From NCBI GenBank assembly GCA_963705525.1, contig CAVPJW010000004.1:64789-128788 (forward strand): a stretch of 64,000 nucleotides of DNA. The letters are read 5' to 3'. The position numbers were made by a program, and so were the translations under genes. Below the pieces are notes generated by a model. The model searched no databases. It saw nothing but the letters and a program-made list of their open reading frames with translations, and had not been told where the DNA came from. This document shows, piece by piece, positions 50,101 through 58,937 of this stretch (position 1 is the stretch's first letter; every line of letters begins with the position of its first letter). The DNA is from an uncultured Acidobacteriota bacterium (GTDB lineage: Bacteria; Acidobacteriota; Vicinamibacteria; Vicinamibacterales; CAVPJW01).

Positions 50101-51123
50101 TTGGAAGGACTCATTCGAGCCTGGGGGAAGATTCTCGCCGGCCAAGCCCCCTCGCTCTCGCTCGAAATCACGCGTGAGTGTCCACTTACCTGCCCGGGCT
50201 GTTATGCATACGGCAGCGATCATCTGGGCGGCGGAGTCACGCTGCGGCAGGTCCGCGATCTGAAGGGCCAGGCGCTTGTCGACGGCGTGATGAATGTGAT
50301 CGCCCGCCACAAGCCGATGCATCTCTCGATCGTCGGCGGCGAGCCCCTTGTCCGCTATCGCGAGCTGAACGACATTCTGCCCATGCTCGCCGACAAGGGT
50401 ATTTACACGCAGCTCGTCACCAGCGCCGTTCGTCCCATTCCCGTGGAATGGGCATCGCTCAGACGACTCCAGTTAGTCGTGTCAATCGACGGGCTGCAGC
50501 CGGAGCACGACGAGCGGCGGAAGCCGGCGACCTACGAGCGTATTCTCAAACACATCGAGGGCCATCACATCACGGTCCACTGCACCGTCACGCGGCAGCA
50601 GGTGAACCGGGACGGGTACCTCGAGGAGTTCACCGACTACTGGTCCCGGAACACGAATGTGGACCAGATCTGGTTCAGCCTGTACACGCCACAGGTCGGT
50701 GAGATCTCCACCGAGCGGCTGCGCGCCGCCGACAGGAAGCGCGTGGCGGACGAGCTACTGATCCTCCGCGTGAGGTATCCGAAACTCGTCATGCCCGTGG
50801 GCCTGATCAACGCGCTCGTCGATCCACCGCGCACGCCCGAAGACTGCATATTCGCAAAGACGACGACCTGCGTGTCAGCGGATTTCGAGACACCGATCAC
50901 ACCCTGCCAGTTCGGTGGGAATCCGGATTGCGCGAATTGCGGATGCATTGCATCAGCGGGGCTTGCCGCGGTCGGTCGTCACCGGCTGCCGGGTGGCCTG
51001 CGAGTCGGCGCGATCTTCGAGGCGTCATTCCGCGTGGGCGCGACGGTGAATCGACTGCGAGGCGGACTTCCCCGGGTTCCGTCTCAGCCGGCGTCGAGCG
51101 ACGTCCCGCCAACCGTCGCCTGA
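50101..51123 (+). CDS. Radical SAM protein with a Cys-rich C-terminal auxiliary region (HpnH-like layout)
   Basis: TTG start after AGGAGGAG. The cluster motif is ITRECPLTCPGCYAYG. Also present are IVGGEPL and C-terminal PCQFGGNPDCANCGC. Confidence 0.8.
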   Translation: MEGLIRAWGKILAGQAPSLSLEITRECPLTCPGCYAYGSDHLGGGVTLRQVRDLKGQALVDGVMNVIARHKPMHLSIVGGEPLVRYRELNDILPMLADKGIYTQLVTSAVRPIPVEWASLRRLQLVVSIDGLQPEHDERRKPATYERILKHIEGHHITVHCTVTRQQVNRDGYLEEFTDYWSRNTNVDQIWFSLYTPQVGEISTERLRAADRKRVADELLILRVRYPKLVMPVGLINALVDPPRTPEDCIFAKTTTCVSADFETPITPCQFGGNPDCANCGCIASAGLAAVGRHRLPGGLRVGAIFEASFRVGATVNRLRGGLPRVPSQPASSDVPPTVA

Positions 51124-51149
51124 GCGCACGTCGCGCCTCCCTGCTGACG

Positions 51150-51773
51150 ATGCTCGAGAGCCGAGACCTTCGGACGTTCGCAGCGTTCCTCATGCCTCGC
51201 GGAAGTCTCGCACTCGATCGCGTGGTGACCGCGCTCGCTCTCGCGGGCATGCTCCTGGCGCTCCGCGCCTCACCCACCGCCCAGGCGGACCTTCAAACCA
51301 AGGCGCTTCAAACGTTTCAGGATCGCGTCAAGGGATACGTCGACCTGCGTACCCAACTCGAGCAGCAACTGCCGCAGCCCGCGATCGGCGACTCCGAGGC
51401 CGTCGAGGCTCACCAGAAGGCCATCGTCCAGGCGATTCAGCAGGCGCGCGCAAAGGCGAAGCCGGGCGACCTCTTCAGCCCGTTCGTGGCGGACGCCTTG
51501 CGATCGATCATCAAGACGGAGTTCAGGAACCGTCCGCGTGAAGACTTTTACGATATGCTCGAGGACATTCCGAAGGCGGTTCGAATCGACGTGAACCAGC
51601 CGTATCCGGCGGGTGCGCCGCACGCGACGATGCCGCCTCTCCTCATCGGCAAACTTCCGCCTCTCCCCCCCGAAGTCGCCTACGCGTTCATCGGACGCGC
51701 CCTGATTCTGCGGGACGTAGAGGCGGATCTCATCGTGGACCTTGCCCCTAACGCGCTGCCCCGGCGACCATGA
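51150..51773 (+). CDS. Hypothetical exported protein
   Basis: First ATG after the radical SAM stop. A hydrophobic segment ALALAGMLLALRASPTAQA is present. Its stop overlaps the next start (ATGA). Confidence 0.45.
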   Translation: MLESRDLRTFAAFLMPRGSLALDRVVTALALAGMLLALRASPTAQADLQTKALQTFQDRVKGYVDLRTQLEQQLPQPAIGDSEAVEAHQKAIVQAIQQARAKAKPGDLFSPFVADALRSIIKTEFRNRPREDFYDMLEDIPKAVRIDVNQPYPAGAPHATMPPLLIGKLPPLPPEVAYAFIGRALILRDVEADLIVDLAPNALPRRP

Positions 51774-52664
51774 ACCGCACCCTGGCCCACCGCTCCCATC
51801 GCCTGGCGGCGTTCGCGGCACTCATCGCCGTCGCCGCGACGGTCGCCGCTCAGGAGCTTCGTCTTCCGCTCAAGGCCGATTCGGTTCGGTTCGCGGTGAT
51901 CGGCGACAGCGGCACGGGCGAAACCCCGCAGTACCGAAGTCGGCTCGTGGATGGCGAAGTACTGGAGTGTCTTCCCCTTCCAGTTCGTCATCATGATGGG
52001 CGACAACATGTATGGCGGCCAGAAGCCGAAGGACTTCGAGAAGAAGTTCGAGCTGCCCTATAAGCCGCTCCTCGACGGCGGCGTCCAGTTCTATGCAACG
52101 CTCGGGAACCACGACGAGCCCGACAAGGCCATGTTCTACAAGCCGTTCAACATGGGCGGACGTCGCTACTACACGTTCGTCAAGGGTCCCATCGAGTTCT
52201 TCGTGCTGGACAGCGACTACATGGATCCGCCGCAGGTCAAATGGGTCGAGGAACAGCTGCAGCGGTCGAGCGCGGAATGGAAGATCGCCTATTTCCATCA
52301 TCCGCTGTACTCGTCTGGCGCACGGCACGGTTCCCAGATGGACCTTCGCGGGCTGCTCGAGCCGCTCTTCGTGAAGTACGGCGTCAACGTGGTCTTTTCG
52401 GGTCACGATCACTTCTACGAGCGCATCAAGCCGCAGAAGGGCATCTACTACTTCGTCTCTGGCGGCGCCGGAAAACTTCGCGAAAAGAACATCAGGAAGA
52501 CCGACATGACCGCGGTCGGCTTCGACACCGACCTGCACTTCATGATCGTCGAGGTGGCGGGCGCCGAGCTCCATTTCCAGACGATCTCGCGCACCGGTCA
52601 GACCGTAGACGCCGGCGTGCTCTCGAAGACCCCGCCAACGACCGTTTCGCAAGCCGGCGGGTAG
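51770..52664 (+). pseudogene. Calcineurin-like metallophosphoesterase (purple-acid-phosphatase-like), frame break near 51934-51937
   Basis: ORF 51770.. gives the signal peptide plus FAVIGDSGTGETPQY. The continuation EVGSWMAKYW...FVIMMGDNMY...GNHD...GHDHFYER is in ORF 51951..52664. Confidence 0.75.
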
Positions 52665-52671
52665 TCGCGCG

Positions 52672-53928
52672 ATGACTCGATCCTGGCGGCCAGGTCGTCC
52701 GATCTTCCGGCGCCTTTCCGCGCTCAGTTTTTTCCTGCTCATCGGGCCGGCCGGCAACCTGCTCGCCCAATCTCAGCGCGTGTCACTGCGGGCGGGAGTG
52801 CTGCTCGACGGGCGAGGTGGAATCCAGAAGGACGTCCGTATCGAGATCGAAGGCGACCGCATCGTCCGCATCACACCTGGTCCAGGCGTGGCGGCGTACG
52901 ATCTCGGCCGGCTCACCGTCCTTCCGGGACTCATCGACACGCACGTCCACATCGGCTATCACTTCGGGAAAGACGGACGGGCGGACACGAGCGGTGAATC
53001 ACCCGCCGAGGCGGCTCTTGCCGGCGTGGAGAACTCCTGGCGCACACTGACGGCCGGCGTGACGACCGTGCAGAGCGTCGGCGCCGAGACCGACGCCGAA
53101 CTCAAAACGCTGATCGAGCGGGGTGTGGTGCCCGGACCTCGCATCCTGACCTCCCTCGGGTCGCTCAGCGAAGAGACCGGTTCGCCGGATGCGATTCGGC
53201 GCTACGTGCGCGGGCGCAAGAGCGCAGGCGGCGACCTCATCAAGATCTTCGCATCGAAGAGCATTCGGGAAGGTGGCGCGCAGACCATGAGCGACGCGCA
53301 GCTCGACGCCGCGTGCGGCGAAGCCCGAGCGTTGGGCCTGCGCACGCTCGTGCATGCGCACAGCGCGTCGGCCGTCATCGCTGCGGCCCGGGCCGGCTGC
53401 ACACAGGTCGAGCACGGCGCGTTCGTGTCGGACGAGGCGCTTGCCCTCATGGCCGAGCGCGGTACCTACTTCGATCCGAACATCGGGCTCGTCCTGCAGA
53501 ACTACCTGTCGAACAAGGCGCGATTCCTGGGCTTCGGGAACTATACCGAGGAAGGCTTCACCTACATGGAACGGGCCGTGACCTCCAACATCGCCATGTT
53601 CAAGCGGGCGCTGGCAGCGCGCGGCCTGAAGCTGGTCATGGGCACGGACGCCGTCGCGGGTGCGCACGGGCACAATGCCGACGAGATCATCGTGCGCGTT
53701 CGTGACGGAGGCCAGGCTCCACTGGATGCGCTCGGCGACGCTTCGTCGCGCGCGGCGGAGTCTCTGGGCATGGGCGATCGGCTGGGTGCGATCGCGCCCG
53801 GCCTGACGGCCGACATCATCGCCGTGGACGGTGACGTGCTCAAGGACATCACGGCCCTGCGGCGCGTCGTCTTTGTGATGAAGGGAGGCCGGGTGGTGCA
53901 AAACCTGGCCGGCCCGGAAGCCCGGTAG
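52672..53928 (+). CDS. Secreted amidohydrolase-superfamily metal hydrolase
   Basis: It has a signal peptide. The motifs LPGLIDTHVHIGYHF, VHAHS and GTDAVAGAHG are present. Confidence 0.8.
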   Translation: MTRSWRPGRPIFRRLSALSFFLLIGPAGNLLAQSQRVSLRAGVLLDGRGGIQKDVRIEIEGDRIVRITPGPGVAAYDLGRLTVLPGLIDTHVHIGYHFGKDGRADTSGESPAEAALAGVENSWRTLTAGVTTVQSVGAETDAELKTLIERGVVPGPRILTSLGSLSEETGSPDAIRRYVRGRKSAGGDLIKIFASKSIREGGAQTMSDAQLDAACGEARALGLRTLVHAHSASAVIAAARAGCTQVEHGAFVSDEALALMAERGTYFDPNIGLVLQNYLSNKARFLGFGNYTEEGFTYMERAVTSNIAMFKRALAARGLKLVMGTDAVAGAHGHNADEIIVRVRDGGQAPLDALGDASSRAAESLGMGDRLGAIAPGLTADIIAVDGDVLKDITALRRVVFVMKGGRVVQNLAGPEAR

Positions 53929-53946
53929 CCCGCCTGGTGGCCCAGC

Positions 53947-55404
53947 CTAGCGCACGTATCCCAGGCTCTTCAGTCGCTCCAGCGTTTCCTTGTCGGGCGT
54001 CTCGACGGCGCCCGTCAGCGCGCGATCGCTGGCGATCGACCGCTCTTCCTGCAGCGCCGCAAGGAGTCGCGACTCCAACGGATGATCAGGAAGCCGGGCG
54101 TGCTCGCCCGGATCCCGCCTCAAATCATAGAAGCCCGTGAAGCCGCTCTCTGGCGCGCCGCGCATCCAGGGGAACGATTCGAAGAATTGCATCTCTGTCG
54201 AGCCCTTCGGCGGAGCGATCACGAGAAGCTTGAACGGGCCCTGCTCGAGCGCAAGCTGCGGCGGGCCATACATCGTCGCTTCACTGAATCCCGCGAGATC
54301 CCAGTCGAGATCCGGATTCGCAATCGCCGGGCCAAGATCGCGCCCCATCAGCGACGAAGGGATGTTCAGTCCCACAAAGCCGAGGACTGTAGGATAAACG
54401 TCAATCAGGCGCACCAGCTGCCGGACGCGAACCGGCCGTTTCGACGCGCGCGGATTGCGGATGATGAGCGGGACGTGCGAGACCTCGTTGTACAGCGAGT
54501 GGCCGTGCTCGTAGCCGCCCCGGTCAAAGAGCTCCTCGCCGTGGTCCGCCGTAATGATGACGATCGTGTTATCGAGGAGTTTGCGGTCCCGCAGCGCGTC
54601 CATCAGGCGGCCGATCTGTTCGTCCGCGTAGTTGACGCCGGCATCGTACAGCGCGATGACGTGCTGCTTGTCCTCGTCGGTCAGCGTCGGCAGGAGCTTC
54701 AGAATCTGTTTCCGCGTCCCGACGCGATTCGGATCGAGCTGGCCGTGGTAGGGCACGTCAAACTTCGCGCGGTTCGCCTCGGGGGATTCGTAGGGAAGGT
54801 GCACGTCCATCAGATGGACGTAGGCGAAGAACTGCGTCGCTTCGTGCCGATCGAGCCAGCGGAAGAGCGCGTTCATCAGAGTCTCGCCGTTGGCGCCGTA
54901 GCGTTCGTAGTACTCCCTGAACCCCTGCGCGAGGTTTTTCGCGCCAGAGATGAAGGGATTGGTTTGCAGGCCAACGGTCCGATATCCCGCCTCCTGGAGC
55001 GATTCGGCCAGCGTCGTCGCTTCGGCCGGAAGCGTCTGGTTTGACTTGACGGCGCCGTGGACGTGGGGGTAGAGGGACGTGAACAGGCTGGCCATCGCGG
55101 GGCGCGTCCAGCCGCCCTGCGTCACGACGCGCTCGAAGACAATCGCATCCGATGCCAATCTGTCGAGATTGGGCGAAGTGGGCCGCGCGTAGCCGTACGT
55201 GCCGAGATGATCGGCCCGGAGCGTGTCGATGACCACGAGGAGCACGCTGGGATCGCCAGGCTCGATCCTCCGGGTGCCCCGAGAGCATCCGGGGACGAGA
55301 ACGGCCACAAGACCAAGCAGTGCCGCGCTGAACCTGAGGCAGCTCATCCGGCGACGCGCGTGACGGTGGTGGCCTCGCAGGCGGGAGGTCGACGTGCGCT
55401 TCAT
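53947..55404 (-). CDS. Sulfatase-family (alkaline-phosphatase superfamily) hydrolase, probable lipoprotein
   Basis: LLVVIDTLRADHLGTYGY...PNLDRLA...TADHGEE. An alternative start at 55347 gives a lipobox LVPGC. Confidence 0.75.
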   Translation of the reverse strand: MKRTSTSRLRGHHRHARRRMSCLRFSAALLGLVAVLVPGCSRGTRRIEPGDPSVLLVVIDTLRADHLGTYGYARPTSPNLDRLASDAIVFERVVTQGGWTRPAMASLFTSLYPHVHGAVKSNQTLPAEATTLAESLQEAGYRTVGLQTNPFISGAKNLAQGFREYYERYGANGETLMNALFRWLDRHEATQFFAYVHLMDVHLPYESPEANRAKFDVPYHGQLDPNRVGTRKQILKLLPTLTDEDKQHVIALYDAGVNYADEQIGRLMDALRDRKLLDNTIVIITADHGEELFDRGGYEHGHSLYNEVSHVPLIIRNPRASKRPVRVRQLVRLIDVYPTVLGFVGLNIPSSLMGRDLGPAIANPDLDWDLAGFSEATMYGPPQLALEQGPFKLLVIAPPKGSTEMQFFESFPWMRGAPESGFTGFYDLRRDPGEHARLPDHPLESRLLAALQEERSIASDRALTGAVETPDKETLERLKSLGYVR

Positions 55405-55480
55405 GCGCGAAGCATCATTCCTGGCGGTCTCTGGATGCGCGTTCCGTCGTGTGCACGGGAACGCGCGCTCGGCTGGGCAA

Positions 55481-58400
55481 TCAATAGAAATCGTGTGAGT
55501 CTACCGCGATTGGCGGCAGGCCGTCGAGCCTCTGCACCCGCTCGGCTCGGACCGACGTCGCGCCTTCTTCGCTCTGCAGCATCCCTTCCACGAGCAGAAA
55601 CGGCTGCTCGATGATCGTCAGCCGCTCGCGCGCGTAGAGGTCCGGGCGGACGATGATGTTGGCAATCCCGGTTTCATCTTCGAGTGTTAGAAAGACGAAG
55701 CCCTTGGCGGTGCCTGGCCGCTGGCGCGTAATCACCGTCCCTGCCACCCGCACACGCCGGCCACGCTGCGCGCGCGGCAGGTCGGCCGCGCGCAGCACGC
55801 CGCGGAGTGCCAGATCGGATCGTCGGAGCGCCATGGGATGCGGGCCGATCGTGAGACCTGTGCCGGCATAGTCGGCCTGGATGCGCTCGGTGAGGGACAT
55901 AGGGGTGAGAGGACTCTCTGAAGTTCTCAGTTCTTTGTGCTTAGTGCTTAGTGCCAGTTCCTGGTTCTTAGTGCTTAGTTCGTGCCGAGTGCTCAGTTCG
56001 TTCTTAGTGCCTGGCTCCGGCTGTGTCTCGTCGAAGAGCTCGCCCGCCGGACGGACCGCTCTCTCCACCTGCCAGAGCGCATCTCGGCGATGAGCGCCGA
56101 AGGCCTGAAGCGCGCCGATCTCGGCCAGGGTCTGCAGTTCTTCCCGCCGCAGGCGGGTGCGGGCCACAAGATCGTCCGCCGACGAGAACCGCCGGCGCAT
56201 CACCACGTCACGCCAGTCGTGCGCGCAATTGTTGCAGAAGCAGGTACACGCGACGGGACCGGCTCGTTCGACCGGATGCGCGGCGTCTCGATAACTGACT
56301 TCGAGCATCGAACGATCATCGCAGCCGCACTTCGGACACCGTTCCGGACCAGGGAGCGCACCGCTGGCCGGAAGTGCCGTGGCAATGGCGCGGCCGCACT
56401 CTTCGCGAAGTCCGTTGACGTACCGGAGCCCAAGGCGGACCGTGCCATCCGGCTCGATCGTACATAGCCAGTCGGAGCGCTCCACGTCGATCGACGCGAA
56501 CCGCACGCCCCGTCGTTGGGCATCCTTGACGAGCGTCGCGGGATGATAAAACCCCATCGGCTGGTTGTTGAGCAGGGCCGCATAGAACGCGGCCGGATAA
56601 TGCGCCTTCAGATACGCACTGGCGTACGCCAGCAGCGCAAAGCTGGCGGCGTGCGACTCGGGGAACCCATACAAGGCGAACGAGGTAATCGACCGGACGA
56701 TCTGCTCCGCCGCCTCGTCCGTGATTCCTTTCCGGGCCATTCCTTCTCGAAGCTGCACCTCGATCTGCTTCATCCGTTTTTCCGACCGTTTGAAGCCAAA
56801 GGCTCGACGCAACTCTTCCGCCTGCCCGCCGGTAAATCCCGCCACGACCATCGCAATCCGGAGCAGCTGCTCCTGAAAAAGCGGCACGCCCAGCGTGCGC
56901 GCGAGGATGGGTTCGAGACAAGGATGCGGATACGTGACCACCTCGCGGCCGGCGCGCCGATTGAGATAGGGATGCACCATCTGACCGACGATGGGCCCCG
57001 GGCGGATGATCGCCACTTCGACGACGAGATCGTAGAAGCGCTCGGGGCGCATGCGCGGCAGCGTCGCCATCTGGGCCCGCGATTCGACCTGAAAGACCCC
57101 GATGGTATCGGCCGCCTGCAGCATCCGATAGACGTCGGGATCGTCAGGAGGGAGATGCGCCAGATCCAGCGGCTGGCCCGGCAGAATTCCGTCGCCGCCG
57201 GATCCCTGACTCGAAAGAACCGGTGCGCTCCTCAGGCGTGTGCCGTTGATCAGCTCCAGCGCGTCCTGGAGCACCGCCATCATGCCGAGCCCGAGCAGAT
57301 CGACCTTGACGATGCCCATGTCGGCGCAATCGTCCTTGTCCCACTGAATGACCACGCGACCCGGCATGCTGGCGTTTTCGAGCGGGACAACGCTGTCGAG
57401 CTGTCCCTGGCTGATCACCATGCCGCCCGAATGCTGCCCGAGGTGCCTCGGCAGGTCCTGCATGCGCTGCCACAGATCGGCAAACAGCCGAATCGTCGGA
57501 TCCTTCGGCGACAGGCCGACCTCGTCCAGATGGCGCGTGAGCGTGTCGCCAGGATCCACGAATTCGAAATGATTCATGACCTTGGCGAGTCGATCGATCT
57601 CGGTCGTGTCGAGCCCGAGCACCTTCCCCACTTCGCGCGCGGCGCTCCGGCCCCGGTAGGTAATGACGTTCGCCGTCATCGCCGCACCCAGACGGCCATA
57701 CTTTTCGTACACGTGCTGAATGACACGCTCCCGTCGATCTCCGCTGGGCAGATCGAGATCGATATCGGGCCACTCGCCGCGTTCTTCCGACAGGAACCTC
57801 TCGAAGAGGAGATCCATGCCGACGGGATCGACGGCCGTAATCCCCAGGCTGTAACACACGGCGCTGTTCGCGGCCGACCCTCGCCCCTGCACGAGGATGT
57901 CCTGCTGACGGCAGAAATTGACGATGTCCCAGACGATCAGGAAATAGCCGGCGAGATCGAGCTTGTCGATCAGATCCAGCTCGCGGGCGATCTGCCGGCG
58001 CGCGCGATCGTGATAGGGACGATATCGTTCGCGTGCGCCGACTTCGGCGATCTTGCGGAGAAAGGACATCTTCGTCTCGCCGGGCGGCACGGGATAATCC
58101 GGAAACCGGTAGCCGAGATCGGCCATGCTGTAGGAAAGCCGATCGGCCAGCTCGCGCGTCGCCTGCACGGCGCGTGGCAGGTCGTCGAAGAGCGCGGCCA
58201 TCGCCTCCGGAGACTTCAGATATCGTTCGGCATTCGGCGCCAGCCGGCGCCCGGCGGCATCGAGCGTGGTCTTGTGGTGGATGCAGGTCAGCACGTCGAA
58301 GAGCGGACGCTCGTCCGGGCTGGCGAAACGCACACCATTGGTCGCCAGGATCGGCACCCGGAAGGCCTCCGCCAGATCGATGAGCGTCTGGTTGTCTTCC

Positions 58401-58933
58401 TCCTGATCTCGCAGCATGTGACGCGCGAGCTCGACATACACGCCACTCCGCCCGAACGTCCCGACGAGCCGATCGAGCAGACCTCCAACCCCGTAACGCC
58501 CGGCTGAGAGCAGTTCGCGCCCGGCCAGTGCGACAAGGCCGCGCGTCGAGCCATCGATGTCTTCGAGCCGCAAGACTCCCGCGCCTTTGGGGGCCTCGAT
58601 TTTCATGCGCGTGATCAGGCGACAGAGATTGCGGTAGCCTTCCTGCGATTCGACGAGGAGGGGGAGAAGCCAAGTGGGCGTGGGAGTTCTTAGTTCTTGG
58701 TGCTTAGTTCTTAGTGCGGGCGCCGCGATCGAGAGCTCGGCGCCGATGATCGGCTTGATCCCGGCATGTGTGGCGGCGCGATGAAATCGTGGCGCGCCGT
58801 ATACGCCGTCCCGATCGAGCAACGCCAGCGCCGGATAGCCCAGATTGGCGGCGTGATCGACCAGCGACTCAGGAAGCGATGCGCCCTGGAGGAAACTAAA
58901 GGCCGACGCGGTGTGGAGTTCGAGGTAGGGCAC
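55481..58933 (-). CDS. dnaE2: Error-prone DNA polymerase III alpha-type subunit DnaE2 (ImuC)
   Basis: 1150 aa, GTG start. The PHP N-terminus is LELHTASAFSFLQGAS. The polymerase core carries IGVFQVESRAQM and LYGFPESHAASFALLAYASAYLK. A C-terminal OB-fold region is present. It lies directly downstream of imuA-imuB. Confidence 0.92.
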   Translation of the reverse strand: MPYLELHTASAFSFLQGASLPESLVDHAANLGYPALALLDRDGVYGAPRFHRAATHAGIKPIIGAELSIAAPALRTKHQELRTPTPTWLLPLLVESQEGYRNLCRLITRMKIEAPKGAGVLRLEDIDGSTRGLVALAGRELLSAGRYGVGGLLDRLVGTFGRSGVYVELARHMLRDQEEDNQTLIDLAEAFRVPILATNGVRFASPDERPLFDVLTCIHHKTTLDAAGRRLAPNAERYLKSPEAMAALFDDLPRAVQATRELADRLSYSMADLGYRFPDYPVPPGETKMSFLRKIAEVGARERYRPYHDRARRQIARELDLIDKLDLAGYFLIVWDIVNFCRQQDILVQGRGSAANSAVCYSLGITAVDPVGMDLLFERFLSEERGEWPDIDLDLPSGDRRERVIQHVYEKYGRLGAAMTANVITYRGRSAAREVGKVLGLDTTEIDRLAKVMNHFEFVDPGDTLTRHLDEVGLSPKDPTIRLFADLWQRMQDLPRHLGQHSGGMVISQGQLDSVVPLENASMPGRVVIQWDKDDCADMGIVKVDLLGLGMMAVLQDALELINGTRLRSAPVLSSQGSGGDGILPGQPLDLAHLPPDDPDVYRMLQAADTIGVFQVESRAQMATLPRMRPERFYDLVVEVAIIRPGPIVGQMVHPYLNRRAGREVVTYPHPCLEPILARTLGVPLFQEQLLRIAMVVAGFTGGQAEELRRAFGFKRSEKRMKQIEVQLREGMARKGITDEAAEQIVRSITSFALYGFPESHAASFALLAYASAYLKAHYPAAFYAALLNNQPMGFYHPATLVKDAQRRGVRFASIDVERSDWLCTIEPDGTVRLGLRYVNGLREECGRAIATALPASGALPGPERCPKCGCDDRSMLEVSYRDAAHPVERAGPVACTCFCNNCAHDWRDVVMRRRFSSADDLVARTRLRREELQTLAEIGALQAFGAHRRDALWQVERAVRPAGELFDETQPEPGTKNELSTRHELSTKNQELALSTKHKELRTSESPLTPMSLTERIQADYAGTGLTIGPHPMALRRSDLALRGVLRAADLPRAQRGRRVRVAGTVITRQRPGTAKGFVFLTLEDETGIANIIVRPDLYARERLTIIEQPFLLVEGMLQSEEGATSVRAERVQRLDGLPPIAVDSHDFY
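55922..56012. repeat. Degenerate tandem array of about 13 units of a 7-bp motif (plus-strand AGTTCTT/AGTGCTT), in-frame within dnaE2
   Basis: Plus strand: AGTTCTC AGTTCTT TGTGCTT AGTGCTT AGTGCC AGTTCCT GGTTCTT AGTGCTT AGTTCGT GCCG AGTGCTC AGTTCGT TCTT AGTGCCT. It encodes TKNELSTRHELSTKNQELALSTKHKELRT. Confidence 0.9.
58685..58719. repeat. Five-unit array of the same 7-bp motif, in-frame within the dnaE2 N-terminal region
   Basis: Plus strand: AGTTCTT AGTTCTT GGTGCTT AGTTCTT AGTGCGG. It encodes ALRTKHQELRT. Confidence 0.9.
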
Positions 58934-58937
58934 GAGG

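Noticed and set aside
56516-58507. A 663-aa plus-strand ORF opposite dnaE2, and a 572-aa ORF at 59174..60892 opposite imuB/imuA.
   Set aside because: Both are antisense to confidently identified mutasome genes. Their translations are low-complexity and Arg-rich.
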